Positions 38,317 to 46,503 of a stretch of 64,000 bases of DNA are shown here, one piece after another; position 1 is the first letter of the stretch, and every line of letters begins with the position of its first letter. The position numbers and the translations under genes were made by a program. The notes beneath the pieces are model-generated. The model was not told the DNA's origin, made no database searches, and was given only the letters and a program-made list of their open reading frames with translations. The DNA comes from an uncultured delta proteobacterium (GTDB taxonomy: Bacteria > Myxococcota > Myxococcia > Myxococcales > Anaeromyxobacteraceae), in assembly GCA_963814585.1 (NCBI GenBank), contig CAWFDF010000009.1, positions 273,624 through 337,623 on the forward strand, read 5' to 3'.

Positions 38317-38901
38317 ATGGGCAAGTGGCGCGTCTTCCTGCTGATCGTGGCGACGGGCCTGGTGGCCGACCAGGCCACCAAGTTCATGGCCGTGGACCGG
38401 CTCACCACCGCGCTGCAGCGGACCGACGGCTCGCTCCCGGCGCGGATCTCCGGCTTCTACTCGTTCCGCCACCTCGAGCCCTACGCCACCGAGCCCCACG
38501 TGGTCTGGGCGCCGATGTGGCGCATGCGCTACGCCGAGAACCCGGGCGCGGCCTGGGGGCTGTTCCGCGGCCTCTCGCTCACGGCGCGCAACACCGTCTT
38601 CTCGCTCACGCTGCTGGGCGCGGTGATCTTCATCCTCGTCTACTTCCGCAGGCTGGAGCAGGCGCAGCGGCTCCCGCAGGTGGCGCTCTCGCTGGTCTTC
38701 GCCGGGGCCATCGGCAACTTCATCGACCGGCTGGCGCGCGGCTACGTGGTGGACTTCGTCGACTGGCACTGGTGGAACCGCCCGGACCTGTACTGGCCCA
38801 CCTTCAACGTCGCCGACTCGATGATCGTGGTCGGCGTGGTGCTGCTGGTGCTGCTGCCGGGCGAGCCGGCGGCGGCCTCGGCGAAGCGCGCGAGGGGCTA
38901 G
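38317..38901 (+). CDS. lspA: Lipoprotein signal peptidase II
   Basis: DQATK, NPGAAWG, GAIGNFIDR, VVDF, FNVADS. Confidence 0.95.
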   Translation: MGKWRVFLLIVATGLVADQATKFMAVDRLTTALQRTDGSLPARISGFYSFRHLEPYATEPHVVWAPMWRMRYAENPGAAWGLFRGLSLTARNTVFSLTLLGAVIFILVYFRRLEQAQRLPQVALSLVFAGAIGNFIDRLARGYVVDFVDWHWWNRPDLYWPTFNVADSMIVVGVVLLVLLPGEPAAASAKRARG

Positions 38902-39963
38902 ATGCTGCCGATCCTCTTCGCCATCGTCATCCCGGCCTGGCTGGTCAAGCCGGTGGCGGTGGTGGCGGTGCTGCTGGTGGTGCTGGCCCGGGCGCTGGCC
39001 TGGCGGCGCCGCTCGGCCCGCGCCGGGCACCCCGTCTCCCTCCTCGCCGCGCTCGGCGACGACTGGGTGGTCTCGGCCCTGCTGGTGGCGGCGCTCGCCG
39101 TGCTCTGGCGCGCCGGCCTGCTCGGCGCCGACCTGCGCCTGCCGCTCCACAGCTACGGCCTGCTCATCGCCGGCGGCTTCATCACCGGCATCTGGCTGGC
39201 GCAGCGGGAGGGGAAGCGGCGCGGGCAGGACCCGGAGCGGATCGCCGACCTGACCTTCTGGATCCTGGTGGCGGCGCTGGTGGGCAGCCGCGTCTACTTC
39301 ATCCTGGTCAACTGGCGCGACTACTTCGAGGCCAGCACCTTCCTGGCCAACACCTCCTTCGGCCGGATCCCCCGGGTGCTGGCCATCTGGGAGGGCGGGC
39401 TGGTCTTCTACGGCGGCTTCATCGGGTCGGTGCTGGTGGCGTGGCTCTACATGCGGCGCCACGGCATGAACTTCCTGGCCCACGCCGACACGCTCATCCC
39501 GTCGGTGGCGCTCGGCCACTTCTTCGGCCGGCTGGGCTGCTACGCGGCGGGGTGCTGCTGGGGCGACGTGGCCCACGCCCACCTGCCGTGGATGGTCCAC
39601 TTCCCGCCCGAGTCGCTGGCCTACCAGACCTTCGCCGGGCGGGCCACGCCCGGGGCCTTCCTGGCCGCCGACCGGAGCGCCACGCTGCCGCTCCACCCCA
39701 CGCAGCTCTACGAGTCGTTCGGCGAGCTGGGGCTGTTCCTGCTGCTGGTGGTGGTGGTCCGGCCGCGCAAGCGCTTCCACGGGCAGGTCCTGGCGACCTG
39801 GCTCCTGCTCTACGCGGTGCTGCGCACGGTGGTGGAGTCGTTCCGCGGCGACGTGGAGCGGGGCGTGGTGCTGGGGCTGGGCGTGGGGACCTGGACCTCG
39901 CTGGTGATCTTCGCGGCCGGGGCGGCCATCTTCGCCAGCGCCGGCCGGCGCGCTAAGGTGTAG
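38902..39963 (+). CDS. lgt: Prolipoprotein diacylglyceryl transferase
   Basis: SYGLL, VGSRVYF, WEGGLVFYGG, GRLGC, HPTQLYE, ESFRGD. Confidence 0.95.
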   Translation: MLPILFAIVIPAWLVKPVAVVAVLLVVLARALAWRRRSARAGHPVSLLAALGDDWVVSALLVAALAVLWRAGLLGADLRLPLHSYGLLIAGGFITGIWLAQREGKRRGQDPERIADLTFWILVAALVGSRVYFILVNWRDYFEASTFLANTSFGRIPRVLAIWEGGLVFYGGFIGSVLVAWLYMRRHGMNFLAHADTLIPSVALGHFFGRLGCYAAGCCWGDVAHAHLPWMVHFPPESLAYQTFAGRATPGAFLAADRSATLPLHPTQLYESFGELGLFLLLVVVVRPRKRFHGQVLATWLLLYAVLRTVVESFRGDVERGVVLGLGVGTWTSLVIFAAGAAIFASAGRRAKV

Positions 39964-39966
39964 GGC

Positions 39967-40842
39967 GTGGCCACGCCCCTCAAGCCCCCACCGAAGCCCG
40001 GCGCGCCGCTGGCACCCGAGCCGGTCGAGGACAAGGGCCGCCACGCCACCGACGAGCTGGCCGACGCCTGCGCGGCGCTGGAGGCCGAGGTCGAGGAGCT
40101 GAAGGTGAAGTACGAGATGTACTTCCTCGGCGTGGAGCGCCACGAGCCGAACCGGACGCGCGACGAGCTGAAGAAGAAGGTGCTGCGGCTCAAGGAGCGC
40201 TTCACGCGCAACGCCGGCATCCGCTTCCGCGTCCAGTCGCTCCACGCCCGCTTCATCTCCTACGAGCGGCTCTGGATGCGGAGCGCGCGGGAGAAGGAGG
40301 AGGGGACCTACCGGCGCGACCTCGTCAAGGCGCGGCGCAACGCCGGCCAGCGCGCCGGGGCGGCCCCGGGCAAGAAGGAGATCCTCCGCTTCTCCCAGGC
40401 CGAGGACGTGGACCTGTCGGACCTCGGCGACGAGGACGGGTTGGCCGACGCGGGGCCGGCCCCCGCACCAGCGGCGTCGGTTGGATCGACGCCGGTTCCC
40501 GGCTTCGCGCTCCCGCCGCCGGGGAGCGGGACGGCGGCCCGGCCGGCCGCACCGCCGACCCCGGCAGCTGCGCCAGCGCCCCGTCCGCCGGCGCCGACCG
40601 CTCGTCCGGCCGCGGCCGCGGCGCCCGGCGTCGACGCCCAGACCCGGGCGCTCTACGACGCCTACGTGGCGGCGCGGAGGAGCTGCAACCAGGACCTGGC
40701 CGGGATCACGCCCGACGCCATCGCCCGGACCATCGCCAAGCAGACGCCGGAGATCTTGAAGGCCCACAAGGCCAGGTCGGTGGAGTTCAAGGTCGAGGTC
40801 AAGGACGGGCGCGCCATCTTGAAGGCGGTCCCCAAGACCTGA
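39967..40842 (+). CDS. Myxobacterial conserved protein with an MXAN_5187-like C-terminal domain
   Basis: N-terminal LKVKYEMYFLGVERHEP coiled coil, Pro/Ala linker, C-terminal SVEFKVEVKDGRAILKAVPK; family recalled, not searched. Confidence 0.7.
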   Translation: MATPLKPPPKPGAPLAPEPVEDKGRHATDELADACAALEAEVEELKVKYEMYFLGVERHEPNRTRDELKKKVLRLKERFTRNAGIRFRVQSLHARFISYERLWMRSAREKEEGTYRRDLVKARRNAGQRAGAAPGKKEILRFSQAEDVDLSDLGDEDGLADAGPAPAPAASVGSTPVPGFALPPPGSGTAARPAAPPTPAAAPAPRPPAPTARPAAAAAPGVDAQTRALYDAYVAARRSCNQDLAGITPDAIARTIAKQTPEILKAHKARSVEFKVEVKDGRAILKAVPKT

Positions 40843-40945
40843 GGGATGGCCCGGGGCGCCCGGGACGTCGCCAGGGTTGCATCCCGGGGCCCGTGATCGT
40901 AAAAGGCAGCGCCCTCGGCGGGAGCGCCGGGGGCGCACGCAGGAA

Positions 40946-41018
40946 GCCTGGATAGCTCAGATGGTAGAGCAGGGGACTGAAAATCCCCGTGTCCCTGGTT
41001 CGATTCCGGGTCCAGGCA
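40946..41018 (+). tRNA. tRNA-Phe(GAA), also the island integration site (attL)
   Basis: Acceptor GCCTGGA/TCCAGGC, anticodon arm GGGGA-CTGAAAA-TCCCC, T-loop GGTTCGATTCC; followed by TCA rather than CCA. Confidence 0.96.
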
Positions 41019-41038
41019 TCACAGCACGTCCGACATCA

Positions 41039-41080
41039 GAGGCCCCGTGGACTGCAAAGTCCCCGGGGCCTCACTGTTTT
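41039..41080 (+). terminator. Post-tRNA hairpin/terminator overlapping the integrase stop
   Basis: gaggccccgtggact-gcaa-agtccccggggcctc then actgtttt. Confidence 0.7.
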
Positions 41081-42234
41081 CTGGGGGTGGTGTCGGTCAG
41101 TGGCGACGGGTCGGCCGGGGGTCCACCCGGTCCACCGGATCCAGCCGATCCCGGGGCGGCTGATACAATGCTGCTACAGTTTTCGACCCTCGACACGGGG
41201 AGTCCCATGGCCCGCGCCATGAGCCCCGCCAGCTGCGCCGGCGTCTGCCGGCCGTAGACTCGCTCCAGCATCCGCGTGTCCTTGTGGCCCATCGCCTGGG
41301 CGATGGGGAAGAGCGGCACGCCCGCCTCCACCTGCCAACTGGCGAAGGTGCGCCGCAGATCGTTCGGGCTGCAGCGCTCGATGCCGGCCCGTTCGCAGGC
41401 CTCGGCGAGGTCGCGCCGCACGTTGCGCCAGGCCGTGAAGAGGGCGCCCTGGGTGCCGCCGGCGTGCTCGAGCGCGTGCTCGAGCAGCGAGCGCTGCGCC
41501 GGGCTCACGATCGGCACGGTGCGGAAGCGGGTCTTCCGCTTGGTGCCGCGCAGGAGGACCGTCGCGAGGCCCTCGCCCACGTCCTCGCGCCGGGCCAGCT
41601 CGGTCTCGCGCCAGCAGGCCGAGGTCGAGACGATGAAGGCCACCCGGGCGGCCCGGTCCGGCAGCAGCTCGGCCAGGAGCTTCGAGAGCTCGCCGGCCGG
41701 GAGGGCCCGCTTACGCGGCTCGTAGCCCGGCGAGAAGGCGACCGGGATGACCTCCTCGACCCGGCCGCGCCAGGCGCCCGCCCGGATGGCGAGCCGCAGC
41801 GACTTGCGCAGCACCACCAGCTCCTTGGCGACGGTGGTGTCGGCCACCCCCTCGCCACGCCGGACCGAGATGTACCGGTCGACGTCGTTGGCGCGAAGTG
41901 ACGCGAGCGGGAAGGGGACCTGGGCGCCGTCCTTGCCGACCTCGAAGACCCGGACCAGGTGGCCCGCCTTGCTCCTGTGGAACGCGGTGGTGTCCGGGCT
42001 GCGCCGGCCGGCCTGGACCTCCTCCTCGTCCCGAGCCAGGAGGAGCTGCAGCGCCCCCGTCAGTGTCGCGGTCCGCGCGGCAGCGTGATCCGGATCGGCT
42101 GCGTCCCGCTCCCACTGCCGGGCGACGAGCTCGGCCGCGGACCGGTCGCGGCACTTGGTGGTCCGGACCACCCGGCGCCCCTGCTCGTAGAACCAGCCGT
42201 ACCAGAGCCTTCCCCGCTTGAAGAGCCGCTGCAT
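41071..42234 (-). CDS. Tyrosine recombinase/integrase
   Basis: N-terminal arm-binding-like RGRLWYGWFYEQGRRVVRTT; RGTK, PNDLRRTFASW, MGHKDTRMLERVY; abuts tRNA-Phe. Confidence 0.9.
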   Translation of the reverse strand: MQRLFKRGRLWYGWFYEQGRRVVRTTKCRDRSAAELVARQWERDAADPDHAAARTATLTGALQLLLARDEEEVQAGRRSPDTTAFHRSKAGHLVRVFEVGKDGAQVPFPLASLRANDVDRYISVRRGEGVADTTVAKELVVLRKSLRLAIRAGAWRGRVEEVIPVAFSPGYEPRKRALPAGELSKLLAELLPDRAARVAFIVSTSACWRETELARREDVGEGLATVLLRGTKRKTRFRTVPIVSPAQRSLLEHALEHAGGTQGALFTAWRNVRRDLAEACERAGIERCSPNDLRRTFASWQVEAGVPLFPIAQAMGHKDTRMLERVYGRQTPAQLAGLMARAMGLPVSRVENCSSIVSAAPGSAGSGGPGGPPADPSPLTDTTPRKQ

Positions 42235-42434
42235 GACAGCACCTCCCTGGCGTACCGCTCCCAGACATCGAGTTGGACCCTGAGGAGCCCACGCTCTCCC
42301 TGCGGCCGCCGCGCGGCACGCCGCAGGTGCTCGTATGCGAGCGCCCGGGAGCACCCCAGCGCGCGCCGGACCTCGGTGGCCGAGACCCACATCGTGACCA
42401 GCCCGAGCCGGATCTTGCCGGTCGCGATGTCCAC
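42060..42434 (-). CDS. Putative excisionase/HTH protein overlapping the int start
   Basis: WVSATEVRRALGCSRALAYEHL...LLRV winged-HTH pattern; low-complexity tail overlaps int in another frame. Confidence 0.55.
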   Translation of the reverse strand: MDIATGKIRLGLVTMWVSATEVRRALGCSRALAYEHLRRAARRPQGERGLLRVQLDVWERYAREVLSCSGSSSGEGSGTAGSTSRGAGWSGPPSAATGPRPSSSPGSGSGTQPIRITLPRGPRH

Positions 42435-42435
42435 T

Positions 42436-42771
42436 TCAGCGCCCCTTCCGTCCCTTGCCCGGGGCGTCGAAGCCCGGCCCCTGGTCGCGCACCGCGAGGC
42501 TCCGCTGGAAGAGCAGGTGGAGCAGGTAGGTGTACCGGTCCATCCTGAGCGCCGAGCGGTCCTCGTCGAGGACCGTCGTCGCCGCCTCCGGGAGGCCGAA
42601 GTCGTCGAGGAAGGCGTTGGTCAGCTTGACGACGAGCGCTGTGAGATCGAGCCCTCTCCGATCTGCTTCGGCCCGGAGCCTAGCCACCAACTCCTTCGGC
42701 ATCCTGAAGGTCTGCATGATCTTCTCGGTCGTCAACAGGTCCTGACCCGCCACAGCCTTCCTCGACACCAT
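42436..42771 (-). CDS. Putative ribbon-helix-helix DNA-binding protein
   Basis: IMQTFRMPKELVARLRAEADRRGLDLTALV RHH-like pattern; first gene of the RHH-xis-int unit. Confidence 0.65.
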   Translation of the reverse strand: MVSRKAVAGQDLLTTEKIMQTFRMPKELVARLRAEADRRGLDLTALVVKLTNAFLDDFGLPEAATTVLDEDRSALRMDRYTYLLHLLFQRSLAVRDQGPGFDAPGKGRKGR

Positions 42772-42983
42772 CGTCCCCACCTTCCCGTTGTCAGTCCTAC
42801 GACTAGCATTATGTATAGACACATTCGATGCTTTTCTACCTTTCCTCTGTACCCTGATGTGTCGTTTCTGGTTTGAACTTTGGATCCATGACACCACCCC
42901 AACCCTTGGTCCCGAACCGAGATCACCGTTCCAGAACACCAGCCATGCCCCGCCGCCGCCCACCTTCTCCGCTCCCTGCCCAA

Positions 42984-43037
42984 CATCCGCCCGACCCCTT
43001 CCACTCAAGTGGTCGAGTGGGAGGGGTCGGGCGGATG
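42984..43037. repeat. Long inverted repeat (23-bp stem, 8-nt loop)
   Basis: catccgcccgaccccttccactc-aagtggtc-gagtgggaggggtcgggcggatg with a single G:T mismatch. Confidence 0.9.
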
Positions 43038-43216
43038 GCGGGCCTCACACCGGTGTGCACGCCAGCTCTGGGCGGTAGGGCCAAGCCGAGCCCGATCGAG
43101 CGGTTGCGAGATCGAATCGCGTCCCAATCCTGTCAGGCGGGTGGTGCTCAATCCTGTCCTCGCCGCAGGACACCCCAGAGGACACCCCACACGCGCGATC
43201 TCGCAGAAAGCCGCGT

Positions 43217-43327
43217 GTTGGTCCGCGCGGACCAACTCACCGATTTCCGTGCAGACCCCCTCGCTGGTCCACGTGGACCAGGAGGCCCCTCGCCGAAAAC
43301 GTGCGGGTTGGTCCGCGCGGACCAACC
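43217..43327. repeat. Three regularly spaced perfect palindromes (parS-like)
   Basis: GTTGGTCCGCGCGGACCAAC (43217-43236), CTGGTCCACGTGGACCAG (43264-43281), GGTTGGTCCGCGCGGACCAACC (43306-43327). Confidence 0.9.
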
Positions 43328-43365
43328 GCGGCAATTCCGCATGGGCACCGGAGTCTCCGTGCCCA

Positions 43366-43403
43366 AAGATCCCCGTGTCCTGGCTCGACTCCAGGCTCAG
43401 GCA
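43366..43403 (+). repeat. Degenerate tRNA-Phe 3' fragment (attR1)
   Basis: aagatccccgtgtcc-tggctcgactccaggctcaggca versus tRNA aaaatccccgtgtccctggttcgattccgggtccaggca; followed by cgtccga as at the tRNA. Confidence 0.7.
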
Positions 43404-43479
43404 CATCGTCCGAGCTGGTTCGAAGTCGACGACGCCCTGGTGCTTGCGATCGTCTAGGACTGCGGGTCTACTGCATCAC

Positions 43480-44757
43480 ATGAAGAACATGGTTGGCACG
43501 GCCTTCGTGGTTGCGCTCCTGGTGCCTGCGTGGGCTGCTGGAGCGCCGACCCCGGGCTTCGCTTACGGCGTACGAGGTGCCGACCAGGCCGATTCGTCGA
43601 CGCTCAAGTGACAGCTCCAAGGCGGCTGGGTCGAGGTCCTGGGCAGCAAGGCCGTCTGGCACCGTGCCGCAGCGACGACCATTGCGGTTGACATTCCAGA
43701 GTCAGAATACGCAGTCGACGGGCGGGGCGGCGTAATTGACGCTGTCTGGTGTGGCAATGTCGACGGGGATCTCGTCTTGTTTCATGAAGGCCGGTACTTG
43801 TCGAAGGAAGGCGACTTCTCGGATGGCGGCGGCTTCAGGATGGACGGGCGCTCCAGCGTGGTTCGCTGGAAACTTGCGGTTGGCCCTGGCCTCGGCGAAC
43901 CGGTGCGCGATGGCAACTCTGTCTACCTGACGTCATACGGCGCCGTGGGGAAGCTCGACCTGAACAAGGGCCAGTTCCTTTGGAGACATCGCTCGCTGGA
44001 TCGAAGCCCTGGCCTCTACCACCACTTCAAAGCTCCTCTGCTGGAGGGCACCCGGATCACGTTCCCCGCGACGAATCGCTGGTACGGCGCTCCACCTCCA
44101 GACTCATGGCCCAAGGCCATCGTGCTGGACAGGTCCAGTGGCCGGATCCTTGAAGGTGCTCCTCCGCCTCTCTTGCCTGAGGTGGCGCCGTACCGAGTAT
44201 CGGACCACCAGTGCGAGTACGAAGTCTTCTACCAACGCGGCTGGGTGGAGGAACGCGTCCGGTTCGTCGTTATGCTTGGGGACCGGATGCGGGAGGGCTA
44301 CTTCGGCGACCCCTTCTCACCACCTCCCGCGGGCCCGACGATGGACCAGACATTCGCCTCGGCACATAGGTACGTGCAGAGGCAGAGCAAGTTCGAGAGC
44401 CTGTCTACGATCTGGCCCGTTCCTCCCCAGCTGGAGCCAGTGGTCAAGTACGTTCGCTCCCGTCTCCAGGCCGAGGTCTGGATAGAGGAGGCTTCTGGCA
44501 CGTGCTGCGAGACGGCTGATCTTGCGCCACTTCGAGCTGGCGCGAACGGCGCAGCACTCGCCAAGCCATGCGACGCAGCAGTACCCGTTGCGCCGGTCAG
44601 GCCGGCGGCCCAGTGCGAGGCTGCCCTCCAGGCATGGCGGGCCTGCGCAAGTCGCGAGCTGACCGCGAAGCTTGGGCCCTATCCTGCAACTGCCTGGCAG
44701 GACTTTCAGGCGGCAGGGGAGGTCGTCCTCCGCGCGGTCGAGTGCAAGACGCGCTAG
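43480..44757 (+). pseudogene. Secreted protein (PQQ-like propeller repeats, Cys-rich C-terminus) interrupted by an in-frame TGA at 43609-43611
   Basis: Signal peptide MKNMVGTAFVVALLVPAWA; the same frame stays open after the TGA into ORF 43777..44757 (GKLDLNKGQFLWRH, VLDRSSGRIL). Confidence 0.65.
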
Positions 44758-44803
44758 GACGGCGTGACGAGCGGGAGCGCGCTGTGATGGTGGTGGGCTT
44801 GGC

Positions 44804-45172
44804 TTACGTTGCTCGGTGCCCGGCCGCCCTCCTTGGTGCGTGACGCTTCCCCGAAGCCGATGGCCTCTTAAAGGTCGGCGACCTGGCGGGGCTGAGCGAC
44901 AACTCCGCTCCGAGGGCCTGGGCCAGCGCCGCGATGGTCGAGAGCGTGGGGTTGGAGTTACCCGCTTCGATGCGGCTGATCTCGGCCTGCTGGATCCCGG
45001 CCTTCGCACCGAGTTGCCGCTGCGTCAGCCCGCGCGCCTTCCGAAGTTCGAGAACCTCCAGCGCGAGCCGGTAGAAGGCTCCGAACGCGGCGTACTCAGC
45101 GAGGGCCTTCTGACCGCCGCGCCGGGCCTCCTCCTGCAGCTCTTTCATGAAGTCACCGAACTTGTTGCTCAT
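44804..45172 (-). CDS. XRE/HigA-like HTH regulator (orphan antitoxin)
   Basis: LRKARGLTQRQLGAKAGIQQAEISRIEAGNSNPTLSTI. Confidence 0.88.
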   Translation of the reverse strand: MSNKFGDFMKELQEEARRGGQKALAEYAAFGAFYRLALEVLELRKARGLTQRQLGAKAGIQQAEISRIEAGNSNPTLSTIAALAQALGAELSLSPARSPTFKRPSASGKRHAPRRAAGHRAT

Positions 45173-45266
45173 GGGGCGCCTCCACTGGGTGGTCTCGCGC
45201 TTTGAACATGTGCCTTGACACATCTTGCACCAAGGGACCCTGAACCTGCGGGAGGAAGCCTGGAGC

Positions 45267-45295
45267 TTGCGCCTGTGCATACAACGTATTACGCT
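45267..45295 (+). promoter_or_regulatory. Putative sigma70 promoter of the RHH-PIN operon (leaderless)
   Basis: TTGCGC-N17-TACGCT with ATG 6 nt after the -10; ATAC-AAC-GTAT palindrome in the spacer. Confidence 0.5.
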
Positions 45296-45301
45296 AGGGC
45301 C

Positions 45302-45556
45302 ATGGCCAAGCAGGCGATCATCCCGGTGAGAGTGACCAGCGCCGACCGGGCGGCGCTCAAGGCGGCCGCAGGCGCCGAGCCGGTCTCGACCTGGTTGCGA
45401 CGCCTGGGGCTCGAGGAGGCGAAGCGGCGGGCCGCAGCCAGGTCGGTCTCGGACCTCCTGGATGAGGCCCGGTCCCAGGGCTTCGGGATGTCCGACGCCG
45501 CGGCCGCCAAGCTCGCCGAGCAGGCCACCCACGCGGTTCGTCGTCGCGCCCGGTGA
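45302..45556 (+). CDS. Putative RHH-type antitoxin
   Basis: IIPVRVTSADRAALKAAAGAEPVSTWLRRLGL; GTGA overlap with the PIN gene. Confidence 0.7.
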   Translation: MAKQAIIPVRVTSADRAALKAAAGAEPVSTWLRRLGLEEAKRRAAARSVSDLLDEARSQGFGMSDAAAAKLAEQATHAVRRRAR

Positions 45557-46005
45557 CCGTTCGGGCGGTGGTGGACACCAACGTGGTGGTGTCGGGCATC
45601 CTCAGCCCAGGCGGGAAACCGGCCGCCGTCCTCAGGGCCGCAGGCGTCTCCTTCCAGCTCGTCTGGACGCCAGGCATCGTGGCCGAGTGCCTGCGCGTGC
45701 TGGCCTACCCCCACATCGCCAAGACCCTGGCGCCGAAGCGGCGGCAGGAGTACGCGCGCCAGGTGGTGGCCGGCCTCGCTGCCGGCGCCGACATGGTGTC
45801 ACCGGAGATGCTGCCGAAGCTTCGCGTCGTGAAGGCCGACCCCGACGATGACCTGTTCCTCGCCACGGCGCTCGCCGGGGGCGCGCAGGTCCTTGTAAGC
45901 GGAGACCGACGGCACCTGCTTTCGATGCGGGAGTACGCCGGCGTCCGCATCATCGACACCGCGGCCTTCCTCGCTGAGTTGGAGCAGCCGGAGACGGACG
46001 GGTAG
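45553..46005 (+). CDS. PIN-domain (VapC/PIN_3-like) toxin
   Basis: AVVDTNVVVSG, DPDDDLFLATAL, LVSGDRRHLL. Confidence 0.92.
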   Translation: MTVRAVVDTNVVVSGILSPGGKPAAVLRAAGVSFQLVWTPGIVAECLRVLAYPHIAKTLAPKRRQEYARQVVAGLAAGADMVSPEMLPKLRVVKADPDDDLFLATALAGGAQVLVSGDRRHLLSMREYAGVRIIDTAAFLAELEQPETDG

Positions 46006-46036
46006 ATCAAGCCTTCTGCCGCGCCTCAGGGGCCTC

Positions 46037-46301
46037 TCACCTCGCAGCCCGGAGCTCGCGAAGGAGATCCTCGGCCGAGACCGACCTGCCAGCCGTAATC
46101 CTTCTTCGGCCTGCCGGAGCGAAGCATGGAGCCGGGCACGTTCGTCGTCGGCCATGTCCACGAGGGGCTCGACCTTGCCCGGGCTCGCGTACGGATCGCT
46201 CGCATCCCGCAGGTACTCGAGGTAGCGACGGGCTGCCTGCTCCTCCCCGGCGGGTAGCGCGTCGATGAGGGCGTGGAATCCCTTCGGGCCGCGTTGCTCA
46301 T
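46037..46301 (-). pseudogene. Frameshifted small antitoxin-like gene
   Basis: Three frames join as MSNAARR / HALIDALPAGEEQAARRYLEYLRDASDPY...ERARLHASLRQAEE / VSAEDLLRELRAAR*. Confidence 0.5.
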
Positions 46302-46374
46302 GTGGGAATCCTGGCGACCCACGCCACGGTCCGCCACCCGGGGGACGGCCACCCAGGATCCAGGCGCCCGACCG

Positions 46375-46457
46375 CGCCCCGTGGCGCCGCTGGGCTGACG
46401 GCGGGCCTGAGCCAGTGCCGCGATGGTCGAGTGCGTGGGGTTGGAGTTGGGCGGCAT
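46375..46457 (-). pseudogene. Deletion remnant: relE-type start fused to an HTH antitoxin C-terminus
   Basis: MPP-NSNPTHSTIAALAQA matches NSNPTLSTIAALAQA of 44804..45172; upstream 46453-46510 matches the relE leader 55061-55115. Confidence 0.65.
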
Positions 46458-46503
46458 GGTGCGGAATCCGAGCACACGGCCTTGTCACTCATAGTCGAGG
46501 AAC

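Larger units (their letters stand above)
41019..43403. mobile_element. Minimal tRNA-Phe integrative element (int, xis-like, RHH, non-coding arm)
   Basis: Bounded by the tRNA-Phe 3' end and a degenerate copy of it at about 43366-43403; contains a tyrosine recombinase. Confidence 0.72.

Noticed and set aside
36655..38901. IleS-LspA fusion ORF
   Set aside because: Produced by the ileS frameshift near 37781; lspA has its own AGGAGG and ATG at 38317.
43217..43327. Mini CRISPR array
   Set aside because: Only three units, loop-less perfect palindromes of 18-22 bp with a differing middle copy, and no cas genes; fits protein-binding sites better.
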